A stretch of DNA of 64,000 nt from an uncultured archaeon (GCA_964373695.1 CAYJVT010000003.1:437-64436), one strand, 5' to 3'. Counted from the stretch's first letter, positions 45,004-54,815 are shown. A program made the numbers and translations. Notes: a model not told the origin generated them from the sequence alone.

Positions 45004-45462
45004 ATGAAGATATGCAGCATATGTGTAAAGAACGACATACTTTGCAGCGCGTGCAGCAGGAAAGTCGAGCGAGGCGAGATAAGCATGGACAGCGTCACCA
45101 TAAGCCGCGCACTCGGCAAGCTCCAGGACGGCGCGGATTTCATAGACAGTTTCGAGGCCGCGGGAAGGATTTACATAATAGTAGACACGCAACAGATGGG
45201 CTCCGTTATCGGGAAATCGGGAAAGAACGTCAGGAAGCTGTGCGAGATGCTTGGAAAGCAGGTGAAGGTCCTTGAGAAGGAAGGCAGCAAGGAAATGATA
45301 GAAAAGGCCCTCAACATACGCGTGAACGGGGTCAACAAGGTCTTCGGCCCGGAAGAGTTCTACAGGGTAAGGATAGACAGGAAATCGAAGCCAAGGTTCA
45401 GAGCGGAATCCAAAAAAGTCATCGAGTCCATAATAGGCAAGTCAGAGATAGTATTTGAATGA
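45004..45462 (+). CDS. KH-domain RNA-binding protein with N-terminal zinc ribbon (NusA/Dim2-like)
   Basis: CSICVKNDILCSACSRK followed by KH GxxG (MGSVIGKSGKNVRKL). Confidence 0.45.
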   Translation: MKICSICVKNDILCSACSRKVERGEISMDSVTISRALGKLQDGADFIDSFEAAGRIYIIVDTQQMGSVIGKSGKNVRKLCEMLGKQVKVLEKEGSKEMIEKALNIRVNGVNKVFGPEEFYRVRIDRKSKPRFRAESKKVIESIIGKSEIVFE

Positions 45463-45493
45463 ATGCAGTATAATTATTTCTACAGGTGTTTTG

Positions 45494-47203
45494 ATGCCAA
45501 GAATAGCAGTCATTGACTACGAACTGTGCCATCCCGACAAGTGCGGCAATTTCCTGTGCGCCAGGCTATGCCCCGTCAACCGCAAGGGCGAGGACTGCAT
45601 AGTCAAGAAGGACAGGATAGAGGGCAGCGCAAAGAGGCTGAGGCCTTTCATAATAGAGGAGACTTGCATTGGATGCGGAATATGTATAAACAAGTGCCCG
45701 TTCGGGGCGATAAGCATAGTCAACACGCCGGAGCAGCTGCATGAGCAGCCTGTCCACAGGTTCGGAGAGAACGAATTCGTGATGTTCAGGCTCCCGGTGC
45801 CTGCGAAAGGAGTCGTGGGACTGCTGGGCTCCAACGGCACCGGGAAGAGCACAGTCATGCGCATACTTTCCGGCCAGACGAAGCCCAACATGGGCATGTA
45901 CGGCACCGATTCGACAAAGGACATATCGAAATCTTACAGGGGAAGCGAGCTCCAGGAATACTTCAGGGAGCTCGAGAAGCAGAGCAAAAAGACCGTCTAC
46001 AAGCCGCAGCAGGTCAGCATGATACCGAAGGTAACTTCAGGCAGGGTCAACGACCTGCTGGGCGAAGCGATGATAAAGGAATTTGAGCTGCATAACTGCG
46101 CCGACAGGGACGTAGCCGCGCTGTCGGGCGGTGAATTGCAGAGGCTTGCCATAGGCGTCGCGCTTTCAAGGGAAGCCGACATCTACTACATCGACGAGCC
46201 TTCAAGCTACCTGGACGTAAGGCAGCGCATAAATGTCGCCAAGACAATCCGCCGGTACGCGCAGGACAGGTATTTCATGGTTGTCGAGCACGACCTTGCG
46301 ACGCTTGACTTCCTCGCGGACAAGATACACGTATTCTACGGAGTCCCAGGCGTGTACGGCATAGTGTCGAAGCCTTATGCGGTGAGGAACGGCATAAACG
46401 CTTTCCTCGACGGGTACATGCCGGACGACAACGTGAGGATACGCGATAGCACGGTATTCGAGGAAGTCGAGAAGACGAAGAAGACCGGAAGCATCCTGAC
46501 ATCCTTCGGCGAGATAAGCCACAAGGCCGGCGACTTCGAGCTCAGCGTGCAGAAGGGAGAGATATACAGGAACGAGGTGCTGGGCATACTCGGAGCGAAT
46601 GCGCTGGGCAAGACGACATTCGCGAAGATACTTGCTGAAGGCCATGCGCCATTGTCAAAGAAGGTTGTCATATCCTACAAGCCCCAGTACATAGAGACCG
46701 ATTACGAAGGGCCCGTGCGCAACGTGCTGCAGGGTGTGGCGGACAGTGACGACTTCCCCATACTCGCGAGGCATCTCAGCGTCGAGCGGCTGATGGACAA
46801 GAGCGCGAAGAACCTTTCAGGCGGGGAGCTGCAGCGCGTCGCCATACTCCTCTGCCTGGCGAAGAATGCCGACGTATACCTGCTGGACGAGCCTTCGGCA
46901 TATCTCGACGTCGACCAGCGCCTTGCGGTGGCAAAGGCCATACGCGGCAGGACCGCACTCGTGATAGACCACGACCTGCTGTTCCTAAGCTACATTTCTG
47001 ACAGGACGATGGTATTCATGGGCGAGCCCGGGAAGTACGGCGAGGCCGAGGCCATGGGCCTGCGGGAAGGCTTCAACAAGTTCCTGAAGGATGTGGGAGT
47101 CACATTCCGAAGGGACGAGGAGAGCAGAAGGCCGAGGGCAAACAAGCCGGAGAGCGTGAAGGACAGGGAGCAGAAGGAGAGCGGCGAGTATTTCTATTCA
47201 TGA
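45494..47203 (+). CDS. abcE1: ABCE1 (RNase L inhibitor) ribosome recycling ATPase
   Basis: N-terminal 4Fe-4S domain (CIGCGICINKCPFGAI), two Walker A (GLLGSNGTGKST; GILGANALGKTT) and two signature motifs (LSGGELQR x2). Confidence 0.9.
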   Translation: MPRIAVIDYELCHPDKCGNFLCARLCPVNRKGEDCIVKKDRIEGSAKRLRPFIIEETCIGCGICINKCPFGAISIVNTPEQLHEQPVHRFGENEFVMFRLPVPAKGVVGLLGSNGTGKSTVMRILSGQTKPNMGMYGTDSTKDISKSYRGSELQEYFRELEKQSKKTVYKPQQVSMIPKVTSGRVNDLLGEAMIKEFELHNCADRDVAALSGGELQRLAIGVALSREADIYYIDEPSSYLDVRQRINVAKTIRRYAQDRYFMVVEHDLATLDFLADKIHVFYGVPGVYGIVSKPYAVRNGINAFLDGYMPDDNVRIRDSTVFEEVEKTKKTGSILTSFGEISHKAGDFELSVQKGEIYRNEVLGILGANALGKTTFAKILAEGHAPLSKKVVISYKPQYIETDYEGPVRNVLQGVADSDDFPILARHLSVERLMDKSAKNLSGGELQRVAILLCLAKNADVYLLDEPSAYLDVDQRLAVAKAIRGRTALVIDHDLLFLSYISDRTMVFMGEPGKYGEAEAMGLREGFNKFLKDVGVTFRRDEESRRPRANKPESVKDREQKESGEYFYS

Positions 47204-47304
47204 CAAAAGAATCCGGAATGCATGCAGCAAATTATTCGCCGCATTTCTACACCTAGAAACACGTTCGTGAATTTTCTATAGTCTGGATTAGAACTGCGGA
47301 TGAA

Positions 47305-48063
47305 TCATGAACTATTCTTGGCTTCCATGAATCTCTGGACCTTGAACAGGTGCTCAAGCTCGACATCCGCGAAGGATATATTCTCCTTTTCGAACGGGTC
47401 ATCGATGTCCCTGATGAGATAAACCAATCCCACCAGGAGGAAGTCTATTATGGCTGTTATTGTCAGTCCTTCATAATATGGTTCGACCTTCACGAAAATC
47501 AATACAACAAGAACCATCGCTACTACCAGCCTTGCTATCGTATAAGCAGCTGGCATGAATTGAGTTTCCTTTATGGTCTCAACCCTGTTGGAAAGGCGCT
47601 CTATGTTTGACACCTCATTCCTAATTTTTATTATATAATTTGGCTGGACTCCGCTTTCAGCGAGCCTGGCTATATCATCATCAACGAGGTCGATTTCTTT
47701 GTTTATTTCACTCTGTTTCCATGTGCCGTTCTTGAAGTTTTCCAGCATTGCATTCATGACATTTCTGATGTGCTGCTGCATCTTCTCCCGCACCTTCTTG
47801 TCCTTTGAAGCCACTATCCTGGCATCCTTGTAAAGGCTCTTTATAGACAGGGCGATATCTCCGGGTATCTTTTCGCTTTCCTTGTAGTCAGGCAATGTTC
47901 CTGCCAAAAGTATGCTTATCGTGAACGTGACGCCTCCTATGAGGGCTGTCACAAGCCCGGTCAGCGCGATGATCTCAAAATTGAGCGCGTGAACCACCGT
48001 TTTCGCTGCTATGAGCACTAACACGATAAGACTCACGATAATTATCAGTTTCATCTGACGCAT
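47305..48063 (-). CDS. Membrane protein (2 N-terminal TM, extracytoplasmic coiled-coil region, 2 C-terminal TM)
   Basis: Hydropathy pattern only; no family recognised. Confidence 0.4.
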   Translation of the reverse strand: MRQMKLIIIVSLIVLVLIAAKTVVHALNFEIIALTGLVTALIGGVTFTISILLAGTLPDYKESEKIPGDIALSIKSLYKDARIVASKDKKVREKMQQHIRNVMNAMLENFKNGTWKQSEINKEIDLVDDDIARLAESGVQPNYIIKIRNEVSNIERLSNRVETIKETQFMPAAYTIARLVVAMVLVVLIFVKVEPYYEGLTITAIIDFLLVGLVYLIRDIDDPFEKENISFADVELEHLFKVQRFMEAKNSS

Positions 48064-48191
48064 TCAGAGAAATAGGGGACAAACCTTAAAAAATTATGCT
48101 TATAGGCACGTCATCACCGAGGCGGATTTTTATAAGTTTTTTGGCTATCTTTCAAGTGAAGAATTCGAGTCTTGCCTTCGGCTACACCGTC

Positions 48192-48686
48192 TCATGATTC
48201 GCCCGGAGGCGCGATGCCGAGGGCCTGCTGCATCTTCCGCCTTATGGTATATACGTTGTCCTTCGCGAACTCGAGATACATCCTTCTCTGCTTGTAGTAG
48301 AACGTCCTGTTGTAGGTCCACCAGAAGCCGCGCTGGACGAAGTTCGTCCACTCATACTTCGTCTCTACCGTCCCCTTGAACCTGATGTCCAGCCAGCCAA
48401 GCCTGGTCTTCATGTCCATCTCGCCCTGCATGATTATCCTTATATAAGTCATGGTCCACTGGTCCTCCTTCCTCTTCCCCATCCACATGCCGTAGAACGC
48501 GCGCGGGTCGGCGAACACGTCCCACCTTGCGTCTGTCTCAAGTATGTCCTTCGAGGAGATTTTCATCACATCCCTGAGGAGGCCTTTCACCATGTCGAAT
48601 ACCTTGAAGGTGTTCTTGCCCTCGTAATGGAGCTTAATGGTGTCTGCCGGAGCCAGAATATCGTCCACGATGTTTATGGTTCCCAT
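48192..48686 (-). CDS. Hypothetical protein, tandem paralog 2 (about 164 aa)
   Basis: C-terminal region (FWWTYNRTFYYKQRRMYLEFAKD) is clearly similar to the upstream paralog (FWHKLYYHKKRMEYLNFGKE). Start taken at the internal MGTINIVDD. Confidence 0.4.
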   Translation of the reverse strand: MGTINIVDDILAPADTIKLHYEGKNTFKVFDMVKGLLRDVMKISSKDILETDARWDVFADPRAFYGMWMGKRKEDQWTMTYIRIIMQGEMDMKTRLGWLDIRFKGTVETKYEWTNFVQRGFWWTYNRTFYYKQRRMYLEFAKDNVYTIRRKMQQALGIAPPGES

Positions 48687-48700
48687 GAAAACACGTCCTA

Positions 48701-49210
48701 CTACTGGTTTATCGTCTCTGAATAGTGCTTTATGCTGCTCTCGAAGCTTGTAATGACTTCTTTGCCGAAGTTCAGGTATTCCATCCTCTTCTTGTGGTAG
48801 TAAAGCTTGTGCCAGAATCTTCTCAGCATCTCGTAGAGTATGCTCTGCTGCCAAACGGTGTCCTGCGGGTATTCGGTTATGAGGCGCGGCTTTATCCTTA
48901 TTGAGACCTTGCCGTCGCCGGCTTTCGATGCGAATCCCTTGAGCTCCACCTCTATCGAGAGGTACGAATACCTGTCCAGTATCTTGTTGACTTCCCATTC
49001 GACCTCGAACTTGCTGGAGTCCTCTCCCCTGTCCCAGTCATACAACTTCTCCTGGACGTAGGCGTCAGGGACGTTGAAGACTGTCCTTATGAGCTCGTTC
49101 ACCTTCTTGTAGTAGGATTCGGCGTTCTTGGTGGTCATCCCGAGCTTTATGTCCTTGGCCGGCTCGAATATGTAGTCCCAGATAAGCAGTTTTGTCCTTG
49201 CCCAAACCAT
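48701..49210 (-). CDS. Hypothetical protein, tandem paralog 1 (169 aa)
   Basis: Homologous over its length to the downstream paralog; no known motif. Confidence 0.4.
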   Translation of the reverse strand: MVWARTKLLIWDYIFEPAKDIKLGMTTKNAESYYKKVNELIRTVFNVPDAYVQEKLYDWDRGEDSSKFEVEWEVNKILDRYSYLSIEVELKGFASKAGDGKVSIRIKPRLITEYPQDTVWQQSILYEMLRRFWHKLYYHKKRMEYLNFGKEVITSFESSIKHYSETINQ

Positions 49211-49235
49211 TCAAACACCTACATAGACTTTAGCC

Positions 49236-49613
49236 ATGCCTCCTTATAAAGAATTTATATTACGCAGGAAAATACTATTCATGCTAGAAGTGATTGGCGG
49301 CGCAATACTGATAGCCTTCGGGTTCTTTGCAATATTCATCAGTGCCGGCGAGGGCTTTTCCGACCCCAAAACCCTGGTGGTGATACTCGCGGGCGTTCTC
49401 GCCATCATAGGGGGCGCGTGGCTCATAATAAACACGCTTACGCTGGGGATAATACTGAGGAAGATAGCTGGCCTGATAATAGGCGGCATAGGGCTCTTCC
49501 TCATATTCGGCTTCCCTGACGTGCCCGACTACCAGCCGAACGACATGTCATTCACGGGCATCATAATAGGCTTCATAATGGCCATAATAGGCATTTACCT
49601 GATACTTTTCTAG
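49236..49613 (+). CDS. Membrane protein (4 predicted TM)
   Basis: Gly/Ile-rich hydrophobic helices. Confidence 0.35.
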   Translation: MPPYKEFILRRKILFMLEVIGGAILIAFGFFAIFISAGEGFSDPKTLVVILAGVLAIIGGAWLIINTLTLGIILRKIAGLIIGGIGLFLIFGFPDVPDYQPNDMSFTGIIIGFIMAIIGIYLILF

Positions 49614-49641
49614 AGAAAATTTAATATAAGGGCCCGCACAA

Positions 49642-51279
49642 ATGTATATTCAAGGTGTAAATATGGGAGATTACATACTCGGAGATTTCAGCAGGAACAA
49701 GGTCACCGGCGAAACGAAGGTGAATTTCAGGAGGGAGCTCCCGCTTGACAGGGCATGGTGCCTCACCCCCTTCGAGGCTCATGTCAGGATAAACTTCACT
49801 GGCCCCATAGGGAGCAGCTCAGGCATCTATTACAGCCTCGTTTTCCAGCTTGGCAAGTGGGAATACGTCGTCCAGAAAGCGGACGAATTCCTGGAAGTGT
49901 CGCCGGTCCACGGGACATACTACCAGCTGACATCAAAGCAGAAGGAAGACCTTGAAACCAGGATAAAGTCCGGTCTCGCGTCGGCGTCGCAGGCTGTCGC
50001 TGACATGGAGCTCCTCATGCACGACCTGAGGAAATACAGGGAATTCCTGCGCTACATGGGATACAGGACGAAGAAAGAACTTAATCCCCAATACAAGGGC
50101 AGCGACGGGGACGACATGGATTTTTCCGTCGACAGCGACGAGAAGAAGAGGAAGGACAAGGAGAAAAATGTTGATAATCACTCGCTGAAGGCGGTGTTCG
50201 TCGACCAGGTGGACATGCACACGGGCGAGGGGATATCGATGAGGAGCATAGTCAGCAGATGGCCCACGCTGATAACCGACTTCATGCGCATGGAGGACAA
50301 GGAACTGAAGCCGGAGGACATAATGAAGTCCCTGGACGTTTCGAAAGCCGAAGCCGTCGTCTTGTTAACGAAGAACAAGCTGTACCAGGAATGGAAGAAG
50401 CTCTTCCTTACCCAGCTGAAGGACAGGTACATCAGGATAGAGGAGCTTGTCCGCAGCAGAAAGAGTTCGATAGAGCAGTACAGGGAATGGCTGAAGCCCG
50501 TGATAGCGAGGCACAACATGCTTGCAGAAGGCTTGGGAACGCCGCAAGGAAGGGCCGCATGGAGGACGAATCCCATATGGGCCGAAGGCCAGGCGCTGTC
50601 GTTCTCCATAATAACTCTCTGGACGTGGAAGGACTTCCTGTCGCCTGAAATCTACAAGGGCGGGGCGGAAGACTACGCGAAGAAGCCTGTGCTCCCTGCA
50701 GGGAAGCCAATTGACAGATGGACTCTCGACAACCTCATATTCGGGAAGAAATGGGGCCTAATTAACAAGTATCCGTGGATAACGCTCGAATGGTGCCAGG
50801 ACAAGCTGAACCAGTTCCACCAGCCCACCGGCCCCACGCCCGGATGGCTGACGAGGAAGCCTTATTACTCGTTCTTCGAAATAGCGCTGGAGAAAGGCAA
50901 CGTGAGGCTGCCTGCTGGAGACGAGCTGGAGGACGGCGTCTTCGACGTGAACCTCATAGTGATGAGCAAGAACGTCCTTTTCGTGAAGCTGCTGGAGCTC
51001 GAGGCCAAGAAAGAGGAATTAAACAGATATGTGGACAGCCTTCTCGGCCTGAGGCGCGAGATTCCCGGCTCTGTTCCGGGCGGCCCGGCCAAAGACATAT
51101 GGGGGAACATGAGGAAATTTGCAGGCATGTTCCCTTTACAGCTCTTCAAGGGGCGGGGCCCGTACGAAAGGGATTTCGAGGACAGGATAACCAAATACTA
51201 CCTGGCGCCCATAGCCGGGGACAGGTACGGCCCGATAACAGGCCTGATAAAAAAGAAAGCCGGCTTCGGGGTGAAGTAA
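49642..51279 (+). CDS. Large uncharacterised protein (545 aa), first gene of a two-gene operon
   Basis: Long clean ORF with a Trp-rich C-terminal half (WTWKDF, PWITLEWCQDKL). The stop is immediately followed by the next ATG (TAAATG). No recognised family. Confidence 0.5.
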   Translation: MYIQGVNMGDYILGDFSRNKVTGETKVNFRRELPLDRAWCLTPFEAHVRINFTGPIGSSSGIYYSLVFQLGKWEYVVQKADEFLEVSPVHGTYYQLTSKQKEDLETRIKSGLASASQAVADMELLMHDLRKYREFLRYMGYRTKKELNPQYKGSDGDDMDFSVDSDEKKRKDKEKNVDNHSLKAVFVDQVDMHTGEGISMRSIVSRWPTLITDFMRMEDKELKPEDIMKSLDVSKAEAVVLLTKNKLYQEWKKLFLTQLKDRYIRIEELVRSRKSSIEQYREWLKPVIARHNMLAEGLGTPQGRAAWRTNPIWAEGQALSFSIITLWTWKDFLSPEIYKGGAEDYAKKPVLPAGKPIDRWTLDNLIFGKKWGLINKYPWITLEWCQDKLNQFHQPTGPTPGWLTRKPYYSFFEIALEKGNVRLPAGDELEDGVFDVNLIVMSKNVLFVKLLELEAKKEELNRYVDSLLGLRREIPGSVPGGPAKDIWGNMRKFAGMFPLQLFKGRGPYERDFEDRITKYYLAPIAGDRYGPITGLIKKKAGFGVK

Positions 51280-53016
51280 ATGCCCGCATACAAAGTGGGA
51301 ATATCGTCCGGATTCTGGAACATAGGGAAGGACCCGAACTTACTTGGATTAGCGCAGAAGGCCGGGGGCTTCGGGGCGACAGGCGGCATACAGTTCAACC
51401 AGGTCGACATGGAGACGATAAGCGAATTCCAGGAGCCCAGGCTCAAGGAAAACATGAAGAAGCTCAAGAAAGACCTCGGCATCGAAGTCGGGCTTCACGG
51501 AGAAATTGGCGAGACTTCGGGCTTCGAGAGCGCCATGAGGAAGACGTGGGAGCAGGTCCACTTCAGGCTTGTCACTACCATGAAGAACGCGGCAGAGCTA
51601 GGCTTCATCTACGTCAATTACCATTTATCGACGAACGTGCAGGTCCAGCAAGAAGAGGAGAGGCTAAGGCCTTTTGGCCACACCTATCAAATCGTGTCGC
51701 CAGAAGGCACACCCCTTGCGAATTTCATAAACGACAGAAAGGAAACTAAACAATTCGCCATAGACCACCTGATAGCCAGAGGATACAGCGTGGACGAGAA
51801 TCTCATGGAGGAGTGCCAGAAAAAGGCAATCGAGAATGCGGAGATGGAGGGACGGAAGGACTTTGATGAGTTCAAGAAAAGCGGCGAATACAGGAGGCGC
51901 ATAGAGGAGATAGAGGCTGCAGTAAAGGACGGAGTGATATCGAGGCAGGAGGGGGAAAGAAGAATACTGGAACTGGAAGATGGCACCAGAAACAGGATAA
52001 TAGCTGACAAAAGGGACGATGTTATCAGGAAACTGAGAAGCGGCGAACTCCCGAGCGGCGACACGCTTTTCGAAATGTGGAAGAAGTCGGATTTCGGAAA
52101 ATATTACGTCAATTTCGGCGAGATAGGGGCCTACTGGGCCGTGGCGCAGTACATGATAGAGACAGGCGACCTCCTGTGGACTAATGTCTTGAAATCCAAG
52201 AGAGTTCAGGACGCCTACAACAACGAGGTCAAGGAGTTCAACGAGGCCGTCGCGATGAAGTACATCGAGGGCCATCTTATCTTGAAGGAGCACCCATTCA
52301 ACAAGAAGTTCCTAGACGGCATGAGCGTGCTTGAATTCGCGAAGGAAAAAAACATAAAGATACTTTTCGAGAACCCGGAAGCGGGCCAGGGGAAGGAAGG
52401 GCTTTACAGACTGTACGACGTGAGGAGCGCTTACCACCTCATGAAGAAGATAAACTCGCCTGCTCTCCGCTTCTGCATAGACTTCGAGCACATGATGGCC
52501 CAGAACATGAACCCGTATGAAGTGATAAAGGACGTGCCGAGGGACTTCGGCAAGTACATTTTCCTCTTCCACCTGGGCGAGCCGAAGCCGTATTTCGGGA
52601 CAGCCCACATACCGATACCGCTGGGCTCCCAGGCGCAGGAAGTCCTGTACAAATGGATATACGAGCTGCGCAAGAAAGGGTTTGAGTCGGGGTACATGAT
52701 ATTCGAGAGAGGGGGCGGCAGGGCAGGCAACAGCAGGAGCAGCTTCGAGGTATTCGAGCACAGCGTCTGGGTGCTGAGGCAGATAGCCAAGTACCTGGAG
52801 ATGGACAAGGAGCCCGACGAGCTGCCGCCTGAATTCTTCGGCATATCAGAGCAGAACAAGGACGTCTATGCAAGGGAGCTCGTTGCGGTGAGGGAGCACG
52901 CCTACGACCCGCTGAAGGACCTTTTCATGATACCTGAGGAGGAGCACACTTTCTTAGGCAAGTCAGCACTTGATAAAGGGAAGGCGGAGCAGTGGGGCAG
53001 GAGAAAGTTCAGGTAA
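51280..53016 (+). CDS. Xylose-isomerase/Endonuclease-IV-like TIM-barrel protein split by a roughly 250-aa coiled-coil insertion (578 aa)
   Basis: N-terminal half-barrel GISSGFW...IEVGLHGEIGE...GFIYVNYHL. C-terminal half-barrel KILFENPEAG, FCIDFEHMMAQ, IFLFHLGEPKPYFGTAHIPIPLG, matching the AP_endonuc_2 metal-ligand blocks. Between them lies a charged helical segment (EEIEAAVKDGVISRQEGERRILELEDGTRNR...). Confidence 0.5.
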   Translation: MPAYKVGISSGFWNIGKDPNLLGLAQKAGGFGATGGIQFNQVDMETISEFQEPRLKENMKKLKKDLGIEVGLHGEIGETSGFESAMRKTWEQVHFRLVTTMKNAAELGFIYVNYHLSTNVQVQQEEERLRPFGHTYQIVSPEGTPLANFINDRKETKQFAIDHLIARGYSVDENLMEECQKKAIENAEMEGRKDFDEFKKSGEYRRRIEEIEAAVKDGVISRQEGERRILELEDGTRNRIIADKRDDVIRKLRSGELPSGDTLFEMWKKSDFGKYYVNFGEIGAYWAVAQYMIETGDLLWTNVLKSKRVQDAYNNEVKEFNEAVAMKYIEGHLILKEHPFNKKFLDGMSVLEFAKEKNIKILFENPEAGQGKEGLYRLYDVRSAYHLMKKINSPALRFCIDFEHMMAQNMNPYEVIKDVPRDFGKYIFLFHLGEPKPYFGTAHIPIPLGSQAQEVLYKWIYELRKKGFESGYMIFERGGGRAGNSRSSFEVFEHSVWVLRQIAKYLEMDKEPDELPPEFFGISEQNKDVYARELVAVREHAYDPLKDLFMIPEEEHTFLGKSALDKGKAEQWGRRKFR

Positions 53017-53360
53017 TTCCTGCAGCTTCAAGGCACTTTGCATATTCCTCATCCTCAGCTTCCGGAATATTGACGAGTTTAACCGGCGTAACACTCCATG
53101 AAATAGGCTCACATAAAAAACTTCGAATTCACACGCCACTACGTATACACCATGTTTCAGGAGAGCCTTTGCTCTGTGATTGCCGTTTGCTATTTCATCA
53201 AAGCGCGGATAAACCTCAATCCATATAGGATTTATTGCGCAGTATGCTAACAGTTCTTCTGCTCCCATCGAAAAGTATTTTCTGACCGTCCCGCACTTAA
53301 GACGCCTACTACGTCTTCTCCGCTGTAAACTTCCCTCAGGCCGAGATCCTTCAATGACAT
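52963..53360 (-). pseudogene. Frameshifted remnant of a ParB/Srx-like nuclease-domain gene
   Basis: Two adjacent reading frames give MSLKDLGLREVYSGEDVVGVLSAGRSENTF... and ...INPIWIEVYPRFDEIANGNHRAKALLKHG, resembling the ParB-type DGHHR core. The local sequence is AT-rich. Confidence 0.3.
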
Positions 53361-53420
53361 AAAATTGCTCTGGCTTTTGTATTTAAATACTAAATCATGA
53401 TAACTTAATCAGGTGTAGAA

Positions 53421-54590
53421 ATGGCTTCAAAAAAGAAATCCCAAAAGAAAGTCGCAGAGCCCAAATTAACAGACGAGAAAAAAAAAATGGAAGCCTACAG
53501 GCAGAAGCAATGGAAGCTCGCCGAGAAGTTCAAGGACGACGTTCTCCAGAAATACAAGAATATCGTGAAGGCCGTGGTGCTCTTCGGCTCCCTCACCAGG
53601 AACGACTTCCACGAGAAGAGCGATATAGACATGCTTGTAGTGATAGACGACACCACTGCAAGATTCACGCCGGAGATGAAGGACAGCTTCGACGACAAGC
53701 TGCATGTCATAGCGAAGGGGATAGCGGAAAACATAACAGTGCAGCCCGCGTGGACCTTAACAGAATTTTGGGACATGGCGAGGATAGGACATCCCCTGCT
53801 CTACACGATAGTGCGAGACGGATGGGCACTTTACGACACCGGATTCTTCATACCGATAAGGAAGCTCCTTGAGCTCGGCAAGATACCGACGACTCTCGAG
53901 GCGGTGGAAAAGTTCATGGAGACGGCGCCGCAGAAGATAAGCCGCGTCGAGACCGCAAAGCTCTACATGATAGCCGAGGACCTTTATTACGCGATGCTGA
54001 ACAGCTCCCAGGCGGTGCTGATGTACATGGGGCAGAACCCGCCCTCGCCGAAGCACACGCCGGTCGAGGTCAGGGAGTGCCTGGTCAACGCGAACCACCT
54101 GGAGCAGACCTATCTTGACGACCTGGAGAGCGTCATAGAGTTCAGGAAGAATGTCGAGCACAAGGATATCAAGGACATAACAGGCCAGCAGCTTGATGAT
54201 TACATACAGAAGGCCAAGAAATACGTTTCCAGGATGGAGCAGCTTCTGATGCAGCTCCAGAAGAAGAAGAAGGAGAATATAGTGCATAAGAACTACGAGG
54301 TCATGGTAAAGGCGACCGTGACGGCGCTGAAGAAGATGGACAAGCTGCCGCCGGACCCGAAGGACCTGCCGCATGTCATGAAGAGCGAGCTCATAGACAC
54401 GGTGAGGCTCGACCCCTACTACAACGACGTATTCAAAAAGGTAATAACCATGAGGAAGATGCTTGACGAGGACAAAGTTGCGGAAATACCGCAGCGAGAC
54501 ATAGAGATGACGCGCGAGTACGTAAGGAGATTTGTGCAGGACCTCAGGCACATTATCGATGCAAAGCCGAAGAAGAAGAAGGGCAAATAG
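53421..54590 (+). CDS. Nucleotidyltransferase-domain protein (Pol-beta superfamily minimal NTase plus C-terminal helical, possibly HEPN-like, region)
   Basis: VVLFGSLTRNDFHEKSDIDMLVV is the GS...DxD NTase motif. Long helical C-terminus with a candidate R-x7-H (RECLVNANH). Confidence 0.65.
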   Translation: MASKKKSQKKVAEPKLTDEKKKMEAYRQKQWKLAEKFKDDVLQKYKNIVKAVVLFGSLTRNDFHEKSDIDMLVVIDDTTARFTPEMKDSFDDKLHVIAKGIAENITVQPAWTLTEFWDMARIGHPLLYTIVRDGWALYDTGFFIPIRKLLELGKIPTTLEAVEKFMETAPQKISRVETAKLYMIAEDLYYAMLNSSQAVLMYMGQNPPSPKHTPVEVRECLVNANHLEQTYLDDLESVIEFRKNVEHKDIKDITGQQLDDYIQKAKKYVSRMEQLLMQLQKKKKENIVHKNYEVMVKATVTALKKMDKLPPDPKDLPHVMKSELIDTVRLDPYYNDVFKKVITMRKMLDEDKVAEIPQRDIEMTREYVRRFVQDLRHIIDAKPKKKKGK

Positions 54591-54815
54591 ACGCTTCTAC
54601 ACCCTTTAAAAAGTTTTCACTAGTAGGTAATTATTAATGTTAGGATATAGAAAAGGCCTTAAATTCGAGGAAAGGCTTGATGAAACCGGAGAGAGGAGAA
54701 TAGTAACAGTTTACGGCGAGACACTGGAATTTCCTTCATGCTACCCTGCCATATGGATGTTAAGAGATATTGAATTTTATAGGAAGCATAGAAACTGACT
54801 ATCGGAGCGGATAAA

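Noticed and set aside
50775-51749. 324-aa Arg-rich ORF
   Set aside because: It is an alternate frame of the 545-aa gene and the start of the 578-aa gene, with Arg/Gly-rich low complexity.
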